DNA of 64,000 bases from Patescibacteria group bacterium (GTDB lineage: Bacteria > Patescibacteriota > Minisyncoccia > Phycocordibacterales > Phycocordibacteraceae), in assembly GCA_040384705.1 (NCBI GenBank), contig JAZKIU010000001.1, positions 542,053 to 606,052 on the forward strand, written 5' to 3'. Shown piece by piece: positions 1-7,403 of the stretch. The notes under the pieces were generated by a model, which saw only the letters and a list, made by a program, of their open reading frames with translations, had not been told where the DNA came from and did no database searches. The translations under genes were made by a program, and so were the position numbers. The stretch's first letter is position 1, and each line of letters begins with the position of its first letter.

Positions 1-585
1 CTCCTTACGTTCGATACCCTCGCACGGCCCCGCCGTATGGAATTCGAGCCTATAGATATCCGCACGATAGCCGAGACGGTGCTGCGCCGTCACCTGGCCC
101 TCGCCAAGGAGCGCGGCATACAGCTCGCCATGGATTCAGGGCGCCCGGCGTTCGTTGAAGGCAATCAGACGGCGCTCGAGCAGGTGCTCACGAACCTCGT
201 GAAGAACGCCATCAATTACACCCCGCAGCATAAGGGCGGGCTGGTGCGGGTGCTGGTCGAGCCCGATCCGAGTGGAAGTACCGTCGTTACGGTGGCTGAT
301 ACCGGTATCGGTATAGACCAGAAGGACCTCTTCCATATATTCGAGCCCTTCTATCGTGGCGACACCTCGAGGGCGCGCGGCGTGGGCTCAGGGACGTCGG
401 GCCTTGGTCTGGCCATCGTGAACGAGATAGTGCGCATGCATAAGGGCAGCATATCCATACGCAGCGCGGTCGGGCGCGGTACGGCCGTGAAGATAACGTT
501 CCCGCCGGCGAGCGGCAACGATTTCAAGAACCCGCTGACCGGCGAGCAGGCAGGGATGCACGAAGTATCATTGGATTTCTCATAA
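1..585 (+). CDS. Sensor histidine kinase, C-terminal HATPase_c catalytic domain (5' partial, continues upstream of window)
   Basis: Reading frame open to window start; N-box/G1/G2 ATP-lid motifs (LVKNAINYT, VADTGIGI, GSGTSGLGLAIV) typical of HisKA-HATPase_c kinases. Confidence 0.85.
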   Translation, partial: LLTFDTLARPRRMEFEPIDIRTIAETVLRRHLALAKERGIQLAMDSGRPAFVEGNQTALEQVLTNLVKNAINYTPQHKGGLVRVLVEPDPSGSTVVTVADTGIGIDQKDLFHIFEPFYRGDTSRARGVGSGTSGLGLAIVNEIVRMHKGSISIRSAVGRGTAVKITFPPASGNDFKNPLTGEQAGMHEVSLDFS

Positions 586-864
586 AAGATTTACACAGGC
601 GATTTCATATTTCTTTCATATCCCGTTTCGTATAGTACCTGCACGAGGTCGAGGAGAGACGTGTGCGCACGGTCTCACCTTCCTCATACCTTAAGTTCTT
701 TCCCAGACCGGGCTCAACAACAGTTATGCATCGACGATTGCTACGCTTGCAACGACTAGATACGGGATTGTTGTTGACCCCGCGTCAGTAGCGTCCGCTA
801 TTCTCGAGATATGGCGCTACCGCATCCGTTTACAAGTCTGACGCTAATTTGAGCGCCCATATGA

Positions 865-922
865 GACGGAAAAACGCTTAGTGGCCGGCCCGGCTTCGTA
901 CGAGTACGAAGCCGGGCCGGCC
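865..922 (-). terminator. Intrinsic terminator downstream of pentapeptide-repeat gene (19-bp GC-rich stem GGCCGGCCCGGCTTCGTAC/GTACGAAGCCGGGCCGGCC then T-run on minus strand)
   Basis: Perfect long inverted repeat at about 883-922 followed on the minus strand by TTTTTCC. Confidence 0.55.
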
Positions 923-931
923 CTTTGCCGT

Positions 932-1558
932 TCAATCCTTTATATGGAGGCCGAATACCCCGGAAAGATAGAGCGCTTGGCCGGTGGTTACGGTCACGTT
1001 CTCGATGCTCGCCTTGTCCAGGCTGATATCCTCGAGGTTGGAGCCCGGGAACTGCACGTCATCAAGCTTCCCGGAGAGGAATTGCGCGCCCGTGAGATTG
1101 CAGTTACGGAACTCCACCTGCTCGAGCTCGGCGCCCAGGAAATCGCAGCCAACCATCTCGCACTTATCGAACAATACTTCCTTAAGCTTGCTGAAGCGGA
1201 AGTTCGCGCCATCGAGCTTGGAGGAGGCGAAGTGCACGTCCTGGAGCGTTGACTCGGCGAGCGTCGTACCTTGGAAGCGCGTTGATTTTATTAATACGCG
1301 GTCGAGCCGGCATTCGTATAGCTCGGTGCCGGTGAAGCTGCATTTATCGAATATGCAGTCGGTGATATCGGCTTCCGCAGTGTTCGCACCATCGAAGCTG
1401 GTGCTTTCGACCACGCACTTATCAAGGGTGAGCTTCTCGATCTTTCGTTCATCGAAGGCGCCACCTACGAGGATGGACTCCTCCATATATATCTCAGCGC
1501 CTGCCTCGGGCATGGCGTGAGCCAATCTCTCGCGCTTAACGTCGGGCTTGCGGACCAT
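932..1558 (-). CDS. Pentapeptide-repeat protein
   Basis: Translation is almost entirely tandem A(D/N)LxG-like pentapeptides (DVHFASSKLDGANFRFSKLKEVLFDKCEMVGCDFLGAELEQVEF...); ATG at 1558. Confidence 0.85.
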   Translation of the reverse strand: MVRKPDVKRERLAHAMPEAGAEIYMEESILVGGAFDERKIEKLTLDKCVVESTSFDGANTAEADITDCIFDKCSFTGTELYECRLDRVLIKSTRFQGTTLAESTLQDVHFASSKLDGANFRFSKLKEVLFDKCEMVGCDFLGAELEQVEFRNCNLTGAQFLSGKLDDVQFPGSNLEDISLDKASIENVTVTTGQALYLSGVFGLHIKD

Positions 1559-1582
1559 TTCACTATTCTAGCGTATGAGTGA

Positions 1583-1600
1583 TGGGACGATGTTGGAGCC
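1583..1600. repeat. Partial copy (GGGACGATGTTGGAGCC) of the 28-nt module-boundary element
   Basis: 17/18 identity to the 3' half of the element at 1806, 2453 and 3211. Confidence 0.5.
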
Positions 1601-1603
1601 GTA

Positions 1604-1791
1604 ATTGTAAGGTGGTAGTTTGGTATGGGTGCTTGAGCAACCCCAGCGAGGTGATCGGATCAGTATGCCGACCCAAGGCTGTAAGCCAGTGATTATGAGT
1701 GGCCTCGCCGTTAGGTAAGGAAACTCGTCCTGAACGGGACTAACTGGTGCTCAAGCACCCACCCTACGCACCACTGCTGGTGCGTTTTTTG
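1604..1791 (+). ncRNA. Candidate structured small RNA (unknown family) closed by a 13-bp long-range stem and ending in an intrinsic terminator
   Basis: No plausible ORF. GGGTGCTTGAGCA (1627-1639) pairs with TGCTCAAGCACCC (1748-1760), enclosing about 108 nt with internal hairpins (GTCCtgaacGGGAC). Terminator hairpin plus T7 at 1768-1791. Flanked by boundary-element copies. Confidence 0.35.
1768..1791 (+). terminator. Intrinsic terminator (GCACCA-ctgc-TGGTGC + TTTTTTT)
   Basis: Hairpin followed by 7 T. Confidence 0.7.
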
Positions 1792-1805
1792 TAATCACAA
1801 GGTAG

Positions 1806-1833
1806 CTGGGGGTCTGAGACGATGTTGGAACTC
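1806..1833. repeat. 28-nt module-boundary element copy 1 (GCTGGGGGTCTGAGACGATGTTGGAACT)
   Basis: Near-identical to copies at 2453 and 3211. Lies 15 nt after a terminator and 38 nt before a TTGACATATAC promoter. Confidence 0.8.
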
Positions 1834-1871
1834 ATATACGATTCCGGATCCGAATTTGAATAGATTGATAG

Positions 1872-1900
1872 TTGACATATACCTCTTAATATGCTTTTAT
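1872..1900 (+). promoter_or_regulatory. Sigma70-like promoter (TTGACA, 17-nt spacer, extended -10 TGcTTTTAT) upstream of alpha-CTD-like gene
   Basis: TTGACATATAC block shared with the promoter at 2493. Confidence 0.45.
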
Positions 1901-1946
1901 CTTTGCGAAGTACTTTGTTCCAAGACAATAGACATGAGGATGTGTC

Positions 1947-2342
1947 ATGACTTCTCCTTTCAGTGAACACGAAGAGGGATGTGCTCCGCTTCGCCCCTGC
2001 CGCAGCTGCCAAGCTGTGACCTTTCTGAAATCAAAGCTGAACAGCCGAGACTTCTCGGCCTTCATGGGTCTTTGCGGAGTGAGTGTGCCACCCGTGAAGA
2101 CGGAAGACCTCGCTCGCTCGCTCGAGGAGCTCAATTTTTCCGCTCGGACCTTCAACTGCCTGAGGAACGACAACATCAAGACCGTCGGTGACCTCGTTCG
2201 TCAAACGGAAGAAGGCCTGCTTCGAATGCCGAACTTCGGACGTCACGGTCTTGCGGAAATCAAAGAGACGCTGTCCAGTATCGGCCACTGTCTCGGTGAA
2301 CTTCCCTTCGAACCGAGGGTTGTGGCCGACGCTAGCAGCTAG
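1947..2342 (+). CDS. Free-standing RNA polymerase alpha-subunit C-terminal-domain-like protein (HhH) with Cys-rich N-terminal segment
   Basis: Residues about 55-115 (LEELNFSARTFNCLRNDNIKTVGDLVRQTEEGLLRMPNFGRHGLAEIKETL) match the RpoA CTD signature (E. coli ...LELSVRSANCLK...IGDLVQRTE..LLKTPNLGKKSLTEIKDVL). N-terminus has CAPLRPCRSCQ. Confidence 0.7.
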   Translation: MTSPFSEHEEGCAPLRPCRSCQAVTFLKSKLNSRDFSAFMGLCGVSVPPVKTEDLARSLEELNFSARTFNCLRNDNIKTVGDLVRQTEEGLLRMPNFGRHGLAEIKETLSSIGHCLGELPFEPRVVADASS

Positions 2343-2373
2343 CCTAGGGCATCCGGCACGACTCGTAACAAAA

Positions 2374-2410
2374 CCACCCCGCATTTGGATAATGCGGGGT
2401 GAACTTTTTA
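2374..2410 (+). terminator. Intrinsic terminator after alpha-CTD-like gene (CACCCCGCA-loop-TGCGGGGTG + AACTTTTT)
   Basis: 9-bp stem followed by a T-run. Confidence 0.6.
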
Positions 2411-2452
2411 TACAAGGGTTCGAGAATGCTCCAGCCAGTGGGGCTGAGCAGT

Positions 2453-2480
2453 GCTGGGGGTCTGGGACGATGTTGGAACC
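2453..2480. repeat. 28-nt module-boundary element copy 2 (GCTGGGGGTCTGGGACGATGTTGGAACC)
   Basis: Lies between a terminator (2374-2410) and a consensus promoter (2493-2521). Confidence 0.8.
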
Positions 2481-2492
2481 ACTGCGGATATG

Positions 2493-2521
2493 TTGACATA
2501 TACTATTATTTGATATATAAT
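2493..2521 (+). promoter_or_regulatory. Near-consensus sigma70 promoter (TTGACA, 17 nt, TATAAT) upstream of the 201-aa gene
   Basis: TTGACA at 2493-2498, spacer of exactly 17 nt, TATAAT at 2516-2521. GGAGAAGAG RBS precedes ATG 2551. Confidence 0.6.
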
Positions 2522-2550
2522 GGTATTGGAATTGGAAATGGAGAAGAGCG

Positions 2551-3156
2551 ATGTTCCAAGCAATCAAAGATTGGTGGTACAAGCGCCAATCCAAACAGTA
2601 TGCCCGGCTAGTCGTCAAACGGGTGAGGACACAGCCTGAGTCAGGAAATGTGCTTTCTGAACTGGTCTCCCTTAAGCAGGCGATTAAGTTCTGGGGCCTA
2701 ACGTTTACCGACGCAGGCATCACCGAAACTGAATTCAATGCCCTGTGGGAAGAAGCGGTAACACAGAAAGCCCTTAATAGAGACAAATATATCTCCCACA
2801 CGCTACGCGTGTTACGGAAAGAGATCTCTCCCAACCTGTGGCCTCAAATGTCAGAGTGGGGTGCGTTTGAAACGGATCCGTTCTGGCTCGAAGGCCAGAT
2901 CAAAGAATCGGGCCGCTCTCTTGAAGAGTACGGTACCTCGCCCGAAGAGCTTCATCGCTTTCAACGAGAGTGGCACAAGAAGAGCGCTGCTGAAACACTC
3001 GACGAGCTGCGATACAGAACGAGCTACGAACGTCACGGGATGCTGATGAGCATGCTCGTAGAGCACCTTCAGAAGGGCGAACTACCGCCAGAAGAAATCG
3101 GCACTACCCGGGAAGAAATCGAGCAACTTAGGGTTAAGCTCTACGCCAAGCCCTAG
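2551..3156 (+). CDS. Hypothetical protein (201 aa), no recognisable domain
   Basis: Clean ORF with RBS, consensus promoter and its own terminator. Confidence 0.7.
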   Translation: MFQAIKDWWYKRQSKQYARLVVKRVRTQPESGNVLSELVSLKQAIKFWGLTFTDAGITETEFNALWEEAVTQKALNRDKYISHTLRVLRKEISPNLWPQMSEWGAFETDPFWLEGQIKESGRSLEEYGTSPEELHRFQREWHKKSAAETLDELRYRTSYERHGMLMSMLVEHLQKGELPPEEIGTTREEIEQLRVKLYAKP

Positions 3157-3162
3157 AATACT

Positions 3163-3200
3163 CCGTTCGACAAAGCAATTTGTCGGACGGTTTCTTTTTG
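3163..3200 (+). terminator. Intrinsic terminator (CCGTTCGACAAA-gcaa-TTTGTCGGACGG + TTTCTTTTTG)
   Basis: 12-bp stem followed by a T-run immediately after the stop at 3156. Confidence 0.6.
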
Positions 3201-3210
3201 TCTTAAAATT

Positions 3211-3238
3211 GCTGGGGGTCTGGGACGATATTGGAACC
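3211..3238. repeat. 28-nt module-boundary element copy 3 (GCTGGGGGTCTGGGACGATATTGGAACC), array end
   Basis: Follows terminator 3163-3200. No promoter or + strand gene follows. Confidence 0.8.
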
Positions 3239-3246
3239 GTCCTGAG

Positions 3247-3591
3247 CTAATTCCCCACTGTTACGTATACCAAACACACGAGACCAAAGACCGCTGCCCA
3301 TACCACTGCCGCAGAAGCAAAATCCTTGCTCCGTCCAATTGCTTCATCGTGCGTGGGATGGATTTTAGTAAGTGCCGTCTCGATGGCCGAGTTCTGAAGC
3401 TCGGTAACGACAACGAAGAACCAGCTGAATACGAGCAGCAACACCTCACCTGCTGTGAGGTTGAATATGAAATAAACGATAGGGAGTCCTATGACCAGTA
3501 GTGCTGTCTCGATACGAATTGCGTCATCGTGTAGGAACCCGTACTTCAATCCTCGAAATGGATGCGATAGTCGCTTGATCCAATACTCCAT
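3247..3591 (-). CDS. dgkA: Diacylglycerol kinase / undecaprenol kinase family (prokaryotic DgkA)
   Basis: ELQNSAIETA...HDEAIGRSKDFASAAVVWAAV matches the DgkA signature (E. coli EILNSAIEAVVDRIG..HELSGRAKDMGSAAVLIAIIV). Three TM helices. Confidence 0.85.
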   Translation of the reverse strand: MEYWIKRLSHPFRGLKYGFLHDDAIRIETALLVIGLPIVYFIFNLTAGEVLLLVFSWFFVVVTELQNSAIETALTKIHPTHDEAIGRSKDFASAAVVWAAVFGLVCLVYVTVGN

Positions 3592-3637
3592 AGAATCAGT
3601 ATATCTCTAGCTGGGAGATTAGGTTTCGAACCTTAGC

Positions 3638-4414
3638 TTACGACTTAATCCCTGCGCCCTTGTGGAAGAGATAGAGCGTCACGATGAACGCGACAAGAGT
3701 GAGTCCTCCCATGACCCCGAACGCGAGCGAGAGCGGTACGTCAGAGATACCGAGGAATCCGTAGCGGAATGCATTCACCATGTAGAGGATTGGGTTGAAC
3801 AAGGAGACGATGCGGAAGAACTCCGGCAGCTGGTCGATGGAGTAGAAGATACCGCCAAGGTACGTAAGCGGGGTGAGCACGAAGGTCGGCACGATGTTGA
3901 TGGCATCGAACGACTTTGCATAGATGGCATTGATGAGACCGAGGAGCGAGAACAGGAGCGCGGTAAGGAACGCTGCCCCGAAGACGACCGCCATCGAGAA
4001 CAGGGTCAGGTGCGTGAAGAAGAGGGAGACCGCGATAACGATGACGCCCACGAGGAAGGCACGAAGCACGCCTCCCGACACATAGCCTGCAACGACGGTC
4101 CACGACGGCATCGGCGACACGAGTATCTCATGAATGGTCTTGAGCCACTTCGCGAAATAGAAGGTGGAGACGGTATTCATGTAGGAGCTCGTGATGACGG
4201 ACATCATGACGAGGCCCGGCACGATGAACTGTATGTACGGGAACCCGTCGATTGCGTCCACCTGGCTCCCGATGAACGTACCGAATATGGCGAAGTAGAG
4301 CGCCATGGTGATAGCGGGCGGAAGCAGCGTCTGGGACCAGATGCGTATGATGCGCATGAAGTCCTTGCGGACCATGGTGTAGTAACCGATGAGGATTGGA
4401 GAGCGGGTAGCCAT
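3638..4414 (-). CDS. ABC-2 type transporter permease
   Basis: Six-TM protein of ABC-2 family type; start abuts the stop of the upstream ATPase gene. Confidence 0.85.
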   Translation of the reverse strand: MATRSPILIGYYTMVRKDFMRIIRIWSQTLLPPAITMALYFAIFGTFIGSQVDAIDGFPYIQFIVPGLVMMSVITSSYMNTVSTFYFAKWLKTIHEILVSPMPSWTVVAGYVSGGVLRAFLVGVIVIAVSLFFTHLTLFSMAVVFGAAFLTALLFSLLGLINAIYAKSFDAINIVPTFVLTPLTYLGGIFYSIDQLPEFFRIVSLFNPILYMVNAFRYGFLGISDVPLSLAFGVMGGLTLVAFIVTLYLFHKGAGIKS

Positions 4415-4415
4415 A

Positions 4416-5357
4416 TTATTTCTTTATGAGGTTCACGAATACTTCTTCGAGGCGGCTTCCGCTGTTGCGGATGTTCGCTATCTGGATGCCATTGGCCGAT
4501 ATCTTGCGCATGGCGTCGTTCACGGTCTCGCCCGGCTTAAGCGTTATCTCGAGCGTATTCTCGTCGGTACGCTTCACGTTGAGGTCGCGGAGCAATACCA
4601 TCGTCGCGTCCTTTATCGGCTCAGTGGCGTCGAGGATGAGCGTGACGTAGTTGAGCTTAGTGACGAGCTCCTTCACGGTCCCCTCCTCGATGATGACGCC
4701 CCCATTGATGATGGCGACCCGATTCGCGAGCATTTCAGCCTCCTCGAGGTAGTGGGTAGTGAGCACGATGGTGGTGCCGGAAGCCGATAGCTCGCGGAGG
4801 AAGTCCCACATCCCGCGACGCAGCTCGACGTCGACGCCTGCGGTCGGCTCGTCGAGAAGGAGCACCTTCGGCTCGTGGATGAGCGCGCGGGCGATGAGGA
4901 GACGACGCTTCATGCCTCCTGAGAGGTGCTGGGCCTGCGCATCCTTCTTCTCCCAGAGCCCGAGGTCCTTGAGAATCTTCTCCGCGCGCACGAGCGCGTC
5001 TGCACGGCTCACGCCGTAGTATCCGGCCTGGGTGACGATGATATTGATGACCTTCTCGAAGATATCGAAGTTGAACTCCTGGGGCACGAGACCGATATAC
5101 GACTTCGCTTTGTCGGGGTTCGTCGTCGCATCCACTCCGTGAATCTCGACCGTCCCCTCGCTCTTGTTCACGAGGCCCGAAAGTATGCCGATGAGGGTCG
5201 TCTTTCCGGCGCCGTTAGGGCCAAGGAGCGCAAGGAACTCGCCCTCTTTGACCGAGAGCGACACGCCCTTCAGGGCTTCTACGGGCGGCTGCTTCTTATC
5301 GGCTGGATAGGTCTTCGTGAGGTCGGTTACATGGATCGCATTGGTCTTTTCTGGCAT
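4416..5357 (-). CDS. ABC transporter ATP-binding protein
   Basis: Walker A GPNGAGKTT, signature LSGGMKRR, Walker B LLLDEPTAGVD, H-loop. Start trimmed to ATG 5357 (MPEKTNAIH...). The longer ORF to 5906 would overlap the GtrA gene and adds only an acidic non-homologous N-terminus. Confidence 0.85.
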   Translation of the reverse strand: MPEKTNAIHVTDLTKTYPADKKQPPVEALKGVSLSVKEGEFLALLGPNGAGKTTLIGILSGLVNKSEGTVEIHGVDATTNPDKAKSYIGLVPQEFNFDIFEKVINIIVTQAGYYGVSRADALVRAEKILKDLGLWEKKDAQAQHLSGGMKRRLLIARALIHEPKVLLLDEPTAGVDVELRRGMWDFLRELSASGTTIVLTTHYLEEAEMLANRVAIINGGVIIEEGTVKELVTKLNYVTLILDATEPIKDATMVLLRDLNVKRTDENTLEITLKPGETVNDAMRKISANGIQIANIRNSGSRLEEVFVNLIKK

Positions 5358-5405
5358 AGATAGAGCGATTATATCATCGGCCGTAGAACAAGCTATTATG
5401 TGCAT

Positions 5406-5852
5406 ATGTCGGCCTTCCGCTCGCCTGCTTTCGTTCGATTCCTTCGCTATGCAGGCGTAGGCGTGACTACGCTCGCGTTCGATCTGCTCCTGCTCGCGTT
5501 CGTCATCGAGGTCTTCCATATCCCCTACTACACGGCGGTGCCGCTCTGCTTCGCTATCGCGGTCTCCATCAACTACCTCATCAGTCGCTTTCATGTCTTC
5601 CAGGGCACGACGCGGAGTCTCCATGCCGGCTACTTCTATTTCATCCTCTCGGCTGGAACGGGTGCCGTACTCACCACGAGCGGCGTCGCGCTCCTCGTCG
5701 AGCTTCTGGGCTTCCACTACCTCCCCGCTCGCCTCCTGGTCGCTGGGTTCGTCGGCATATTGAACTACCTCCTGAACCTGCATTTCAACTTCAAGGTCGT
5801 CGGACTGCATCCATCTCGGGAAAATATGAAGAAAGTGGTGGATATCCCATAG
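5406..5852 (+). CDS. GtrA-family membrane protein (polysaccharide synthesis / lipid-linked sugar translocation accessory)
   Basis: Four-TM about 148 aa protein with GtrA-like pattern (RFxxVGxx ... NYLLNLHFNF). ATG 5406 (ORF-tool start at 5400 is GTG). Confidence 0.75.
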   Translation: MSAFRSPAFVRFLRYAGVGVTTLAFDLLLLAFVIEVFHIPYYTAVPLCFAIAVSINYLISRFHVFQGTTRSLHAGYFYFILSAGTGAVLTTSGVALLVELLGFHYLPARLLVAGFVGILNYLLNLHFNFKVVGLHPSRENMKKVVDIP

Positions 5853-5888
5853 GGAGAAACGGCACCAGCACGCTATTCTGGAAGGAGC

Positions 5889-6236
5889 ATGCTCGAAAAC
5901 CACCACAAAGAAGACCGTCCCTGGGGCTCATTCGAACGATTCACCTCGAACGAGCCAGCGACGGTGAAAATACTCCACGTGGAAGCGGGGAAGCGCTTCT
6001 CGCTCCAGAAGCACGCACACCGCGCGGAGTACTGGCGCGTCATCGAGGGCTCCGGTCGCGCTACTTCCGGTGACACCGTGCAGGATGTGGCGGTCGGCGA
6101 CACTATAGAGATACCGGTGGGTGCCGCGCACCGGCTTGAGGGCGGCCCTGAGGGTGTACGAGTGCTTGAAATAGCGCTCGGTCATTTCGATGAAGGAGAT
6201 ATCGAACGACTCGAGGACGACTTCGGGCGCACCTAA
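5889..6236 (+). CDS. Cupin-domain protein of the mannose-6-phosphate isomerase type II C-terminal kind
   Basis: RPWGSFE...KRFSLQKHAHRAEYWRVIEGSG...GDTIEIPVGAAHRL matches the cupin of ManC/XanB-type PMI. Good GGAAGGAG RBS. Confidence 0.75.
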   Translation: MLENHHKEDRPWGSFERFTSNEPATVKILHVEAGKRFSLQKHAHRAEYWRVIEGSGRATSGDTVQDVAVGDTIEIPVGAAHRLEGGPEGVRVLEIALGHFDEGDIERLEDDFGRT

Positions 6237-6241
6237 GAGCC

Positions 6242-7396
6242 ATGACCGAGATAACGCTCCTTCTCGTACACGTAAGCGCGCTTGCGATAACGCTTCTATT
6301 CCTCTTGGGAGCGTGGGAGGTGCTGCGTTCCGATAACCTCAAGGCGCGTGTCCGGGCGGTGCTCGATGCGCTCGGCCTCAAGCGTGTGGACCATAACCCG
6401 ATACTCTCGCGTACGAACTACGCATGGGAAGCGGAAGCGGTAATGAATCCGGCCGCGGTCGAGGTCGGTGACCGTACGCATCTCTTCTATCGCGCTATCG
6501 GGAACGATGGCGTGTCCCGCATTGGCTATGCATCGTCTGGAAACGGAACGCATTTCGATGAGCGACTCCCCTATCCCGTGTTCGCGCTCACTAATGCGCA
6601 GAGGCAACCGGCAAGCGCTCGCTCTAGGATGGAAAAGGAACATCCGGAGCTCGTAGCGTCGGGCGGCAGCTGGGCTGGGTGCGAGGATCCACGGGCCGTG
6701 GTCATCGAAGACCGCGTCTACCTCTCTTTCAACGCGTTCTCCGATTGGGGTTCGCTTCGTATAGGCGTGACATCCCTTTCGCTTCCCGACCTCGCAGCGA
6801 AGCGATGGAACTGGAAGCGACCCGTCTTCCTGTCTCCACCTAATACCGTGCAGAAGAATTGGGTCCTGTTCCCGAAGAAGATAAACGGGAAATTCGCGAT
6901 GTTCCAGGGATTGGAATTCCAGAACCGCGATAAAGCGCAGATAGCATATCTCGATACGCTCGACCGCGAGCCAAACGAGTATCTCGATAGCGACGCACGC
7001 TTCAGGAACAACGAATCCTATTCGACCGTATGGGACAGCCGTATACGCGGCGCAGCTACCCCTCCTATCGAGACGCCGCATGGTTGGCTCACCCTCTACC
7101 ACGCGAACGATGCGCGCGAACCAGAGCGCTATAAGATAGGCGCGATGCTGCTCGACCTTCTCGATCCTTCTAAGGTGCTGCTGCGCTCTCCGGCACCCAT
7201 ACTCGAGCCGGATGCGCACTACGAGAACGATGGTAAGCCAGGCATCGTGTACGCGTGCGGGGCGACGGTGCGCGATGGCCAGCTCCGCGTGTATTACGGC
7301 GGCGGCGACAAGACGGTCTGCACCGCCTCCACCCCCCTCGCTTCTTTCATGAAGACGCTTCTAGCTAATAAAACGCCACGACTGGCGCTCGCATAG
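6242..7396 (+). CDS. Glycoside hydrolase family 130 (DUF377) beta-mannoside phosphorylase-like, with N-terminal membrane anchor
   Basis: Hallmark GCEDPR motif, HLFYRAIG..IGYA and YHANDA motifs. N-terminal TM helix. Confidence 0.85.
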   Translation: MTEITLLLVHVSALAITLLFLLGAWEVLRSDNLKARVRAVLDALGLKRVDHNPILSRTNYAWEAEAVMNPAAVEVGDRTHLFYRAIGNDGVSRIGYASSGNGTHFDERLPYPVFALTNAQRQPASARSRMEKEHPELVASGGSWAGCEDPRAVVIEDRVYLSFNAFSDWGSLRIGVTSLSLPDLAAKRWNWKRPVFLSPPNTVQKNWVLFPKKINGKFAMFQGLEFQNRDKAQIAYLDTLDREPNEYLDSDARFRNNESYSTVWDSRIRGAATPPIETPHGWLTLYHANDAREPERYKIGAMLLDLLDPSKVLLRSPAPILEPDAHYENDGKPGIVYACGATVRDGQLRVYYGGGDKTVCTASTPLASFMKTLLANKTPRLALA

Positions 7397-7403
7397 ATTC
7401 CGT

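Noticed and set aside
1806-3238. Sigma-54 promoter interpretation of the repeat (TGGGACG-N4-TTGGAA resembles TGGCACG-N4-TTGCA)
   Set aside because: The critical -12 GC is replaced by GA. Sigma70-like -35/-10 boxes lie downstream, and copy 3 has no downstream gene. Kept only as a remote possibility
1580-3240. CRISPR array interpretation of the 28-nt repeats
   Set aside because: Spacing is 220-760 bp, variable, and contains genes, terminators and promoters. No CRISPR-like regularity
4416-5906. 496-aa ORF extending the ABC ATPase upstream with a highly acidic N-terminus
   Set aside because: Homology to ABC ATPases begins at MPEKTNAIH (ATG 5357). The extension overlaps the GtrA gene on the opposite strand and is low-complexity
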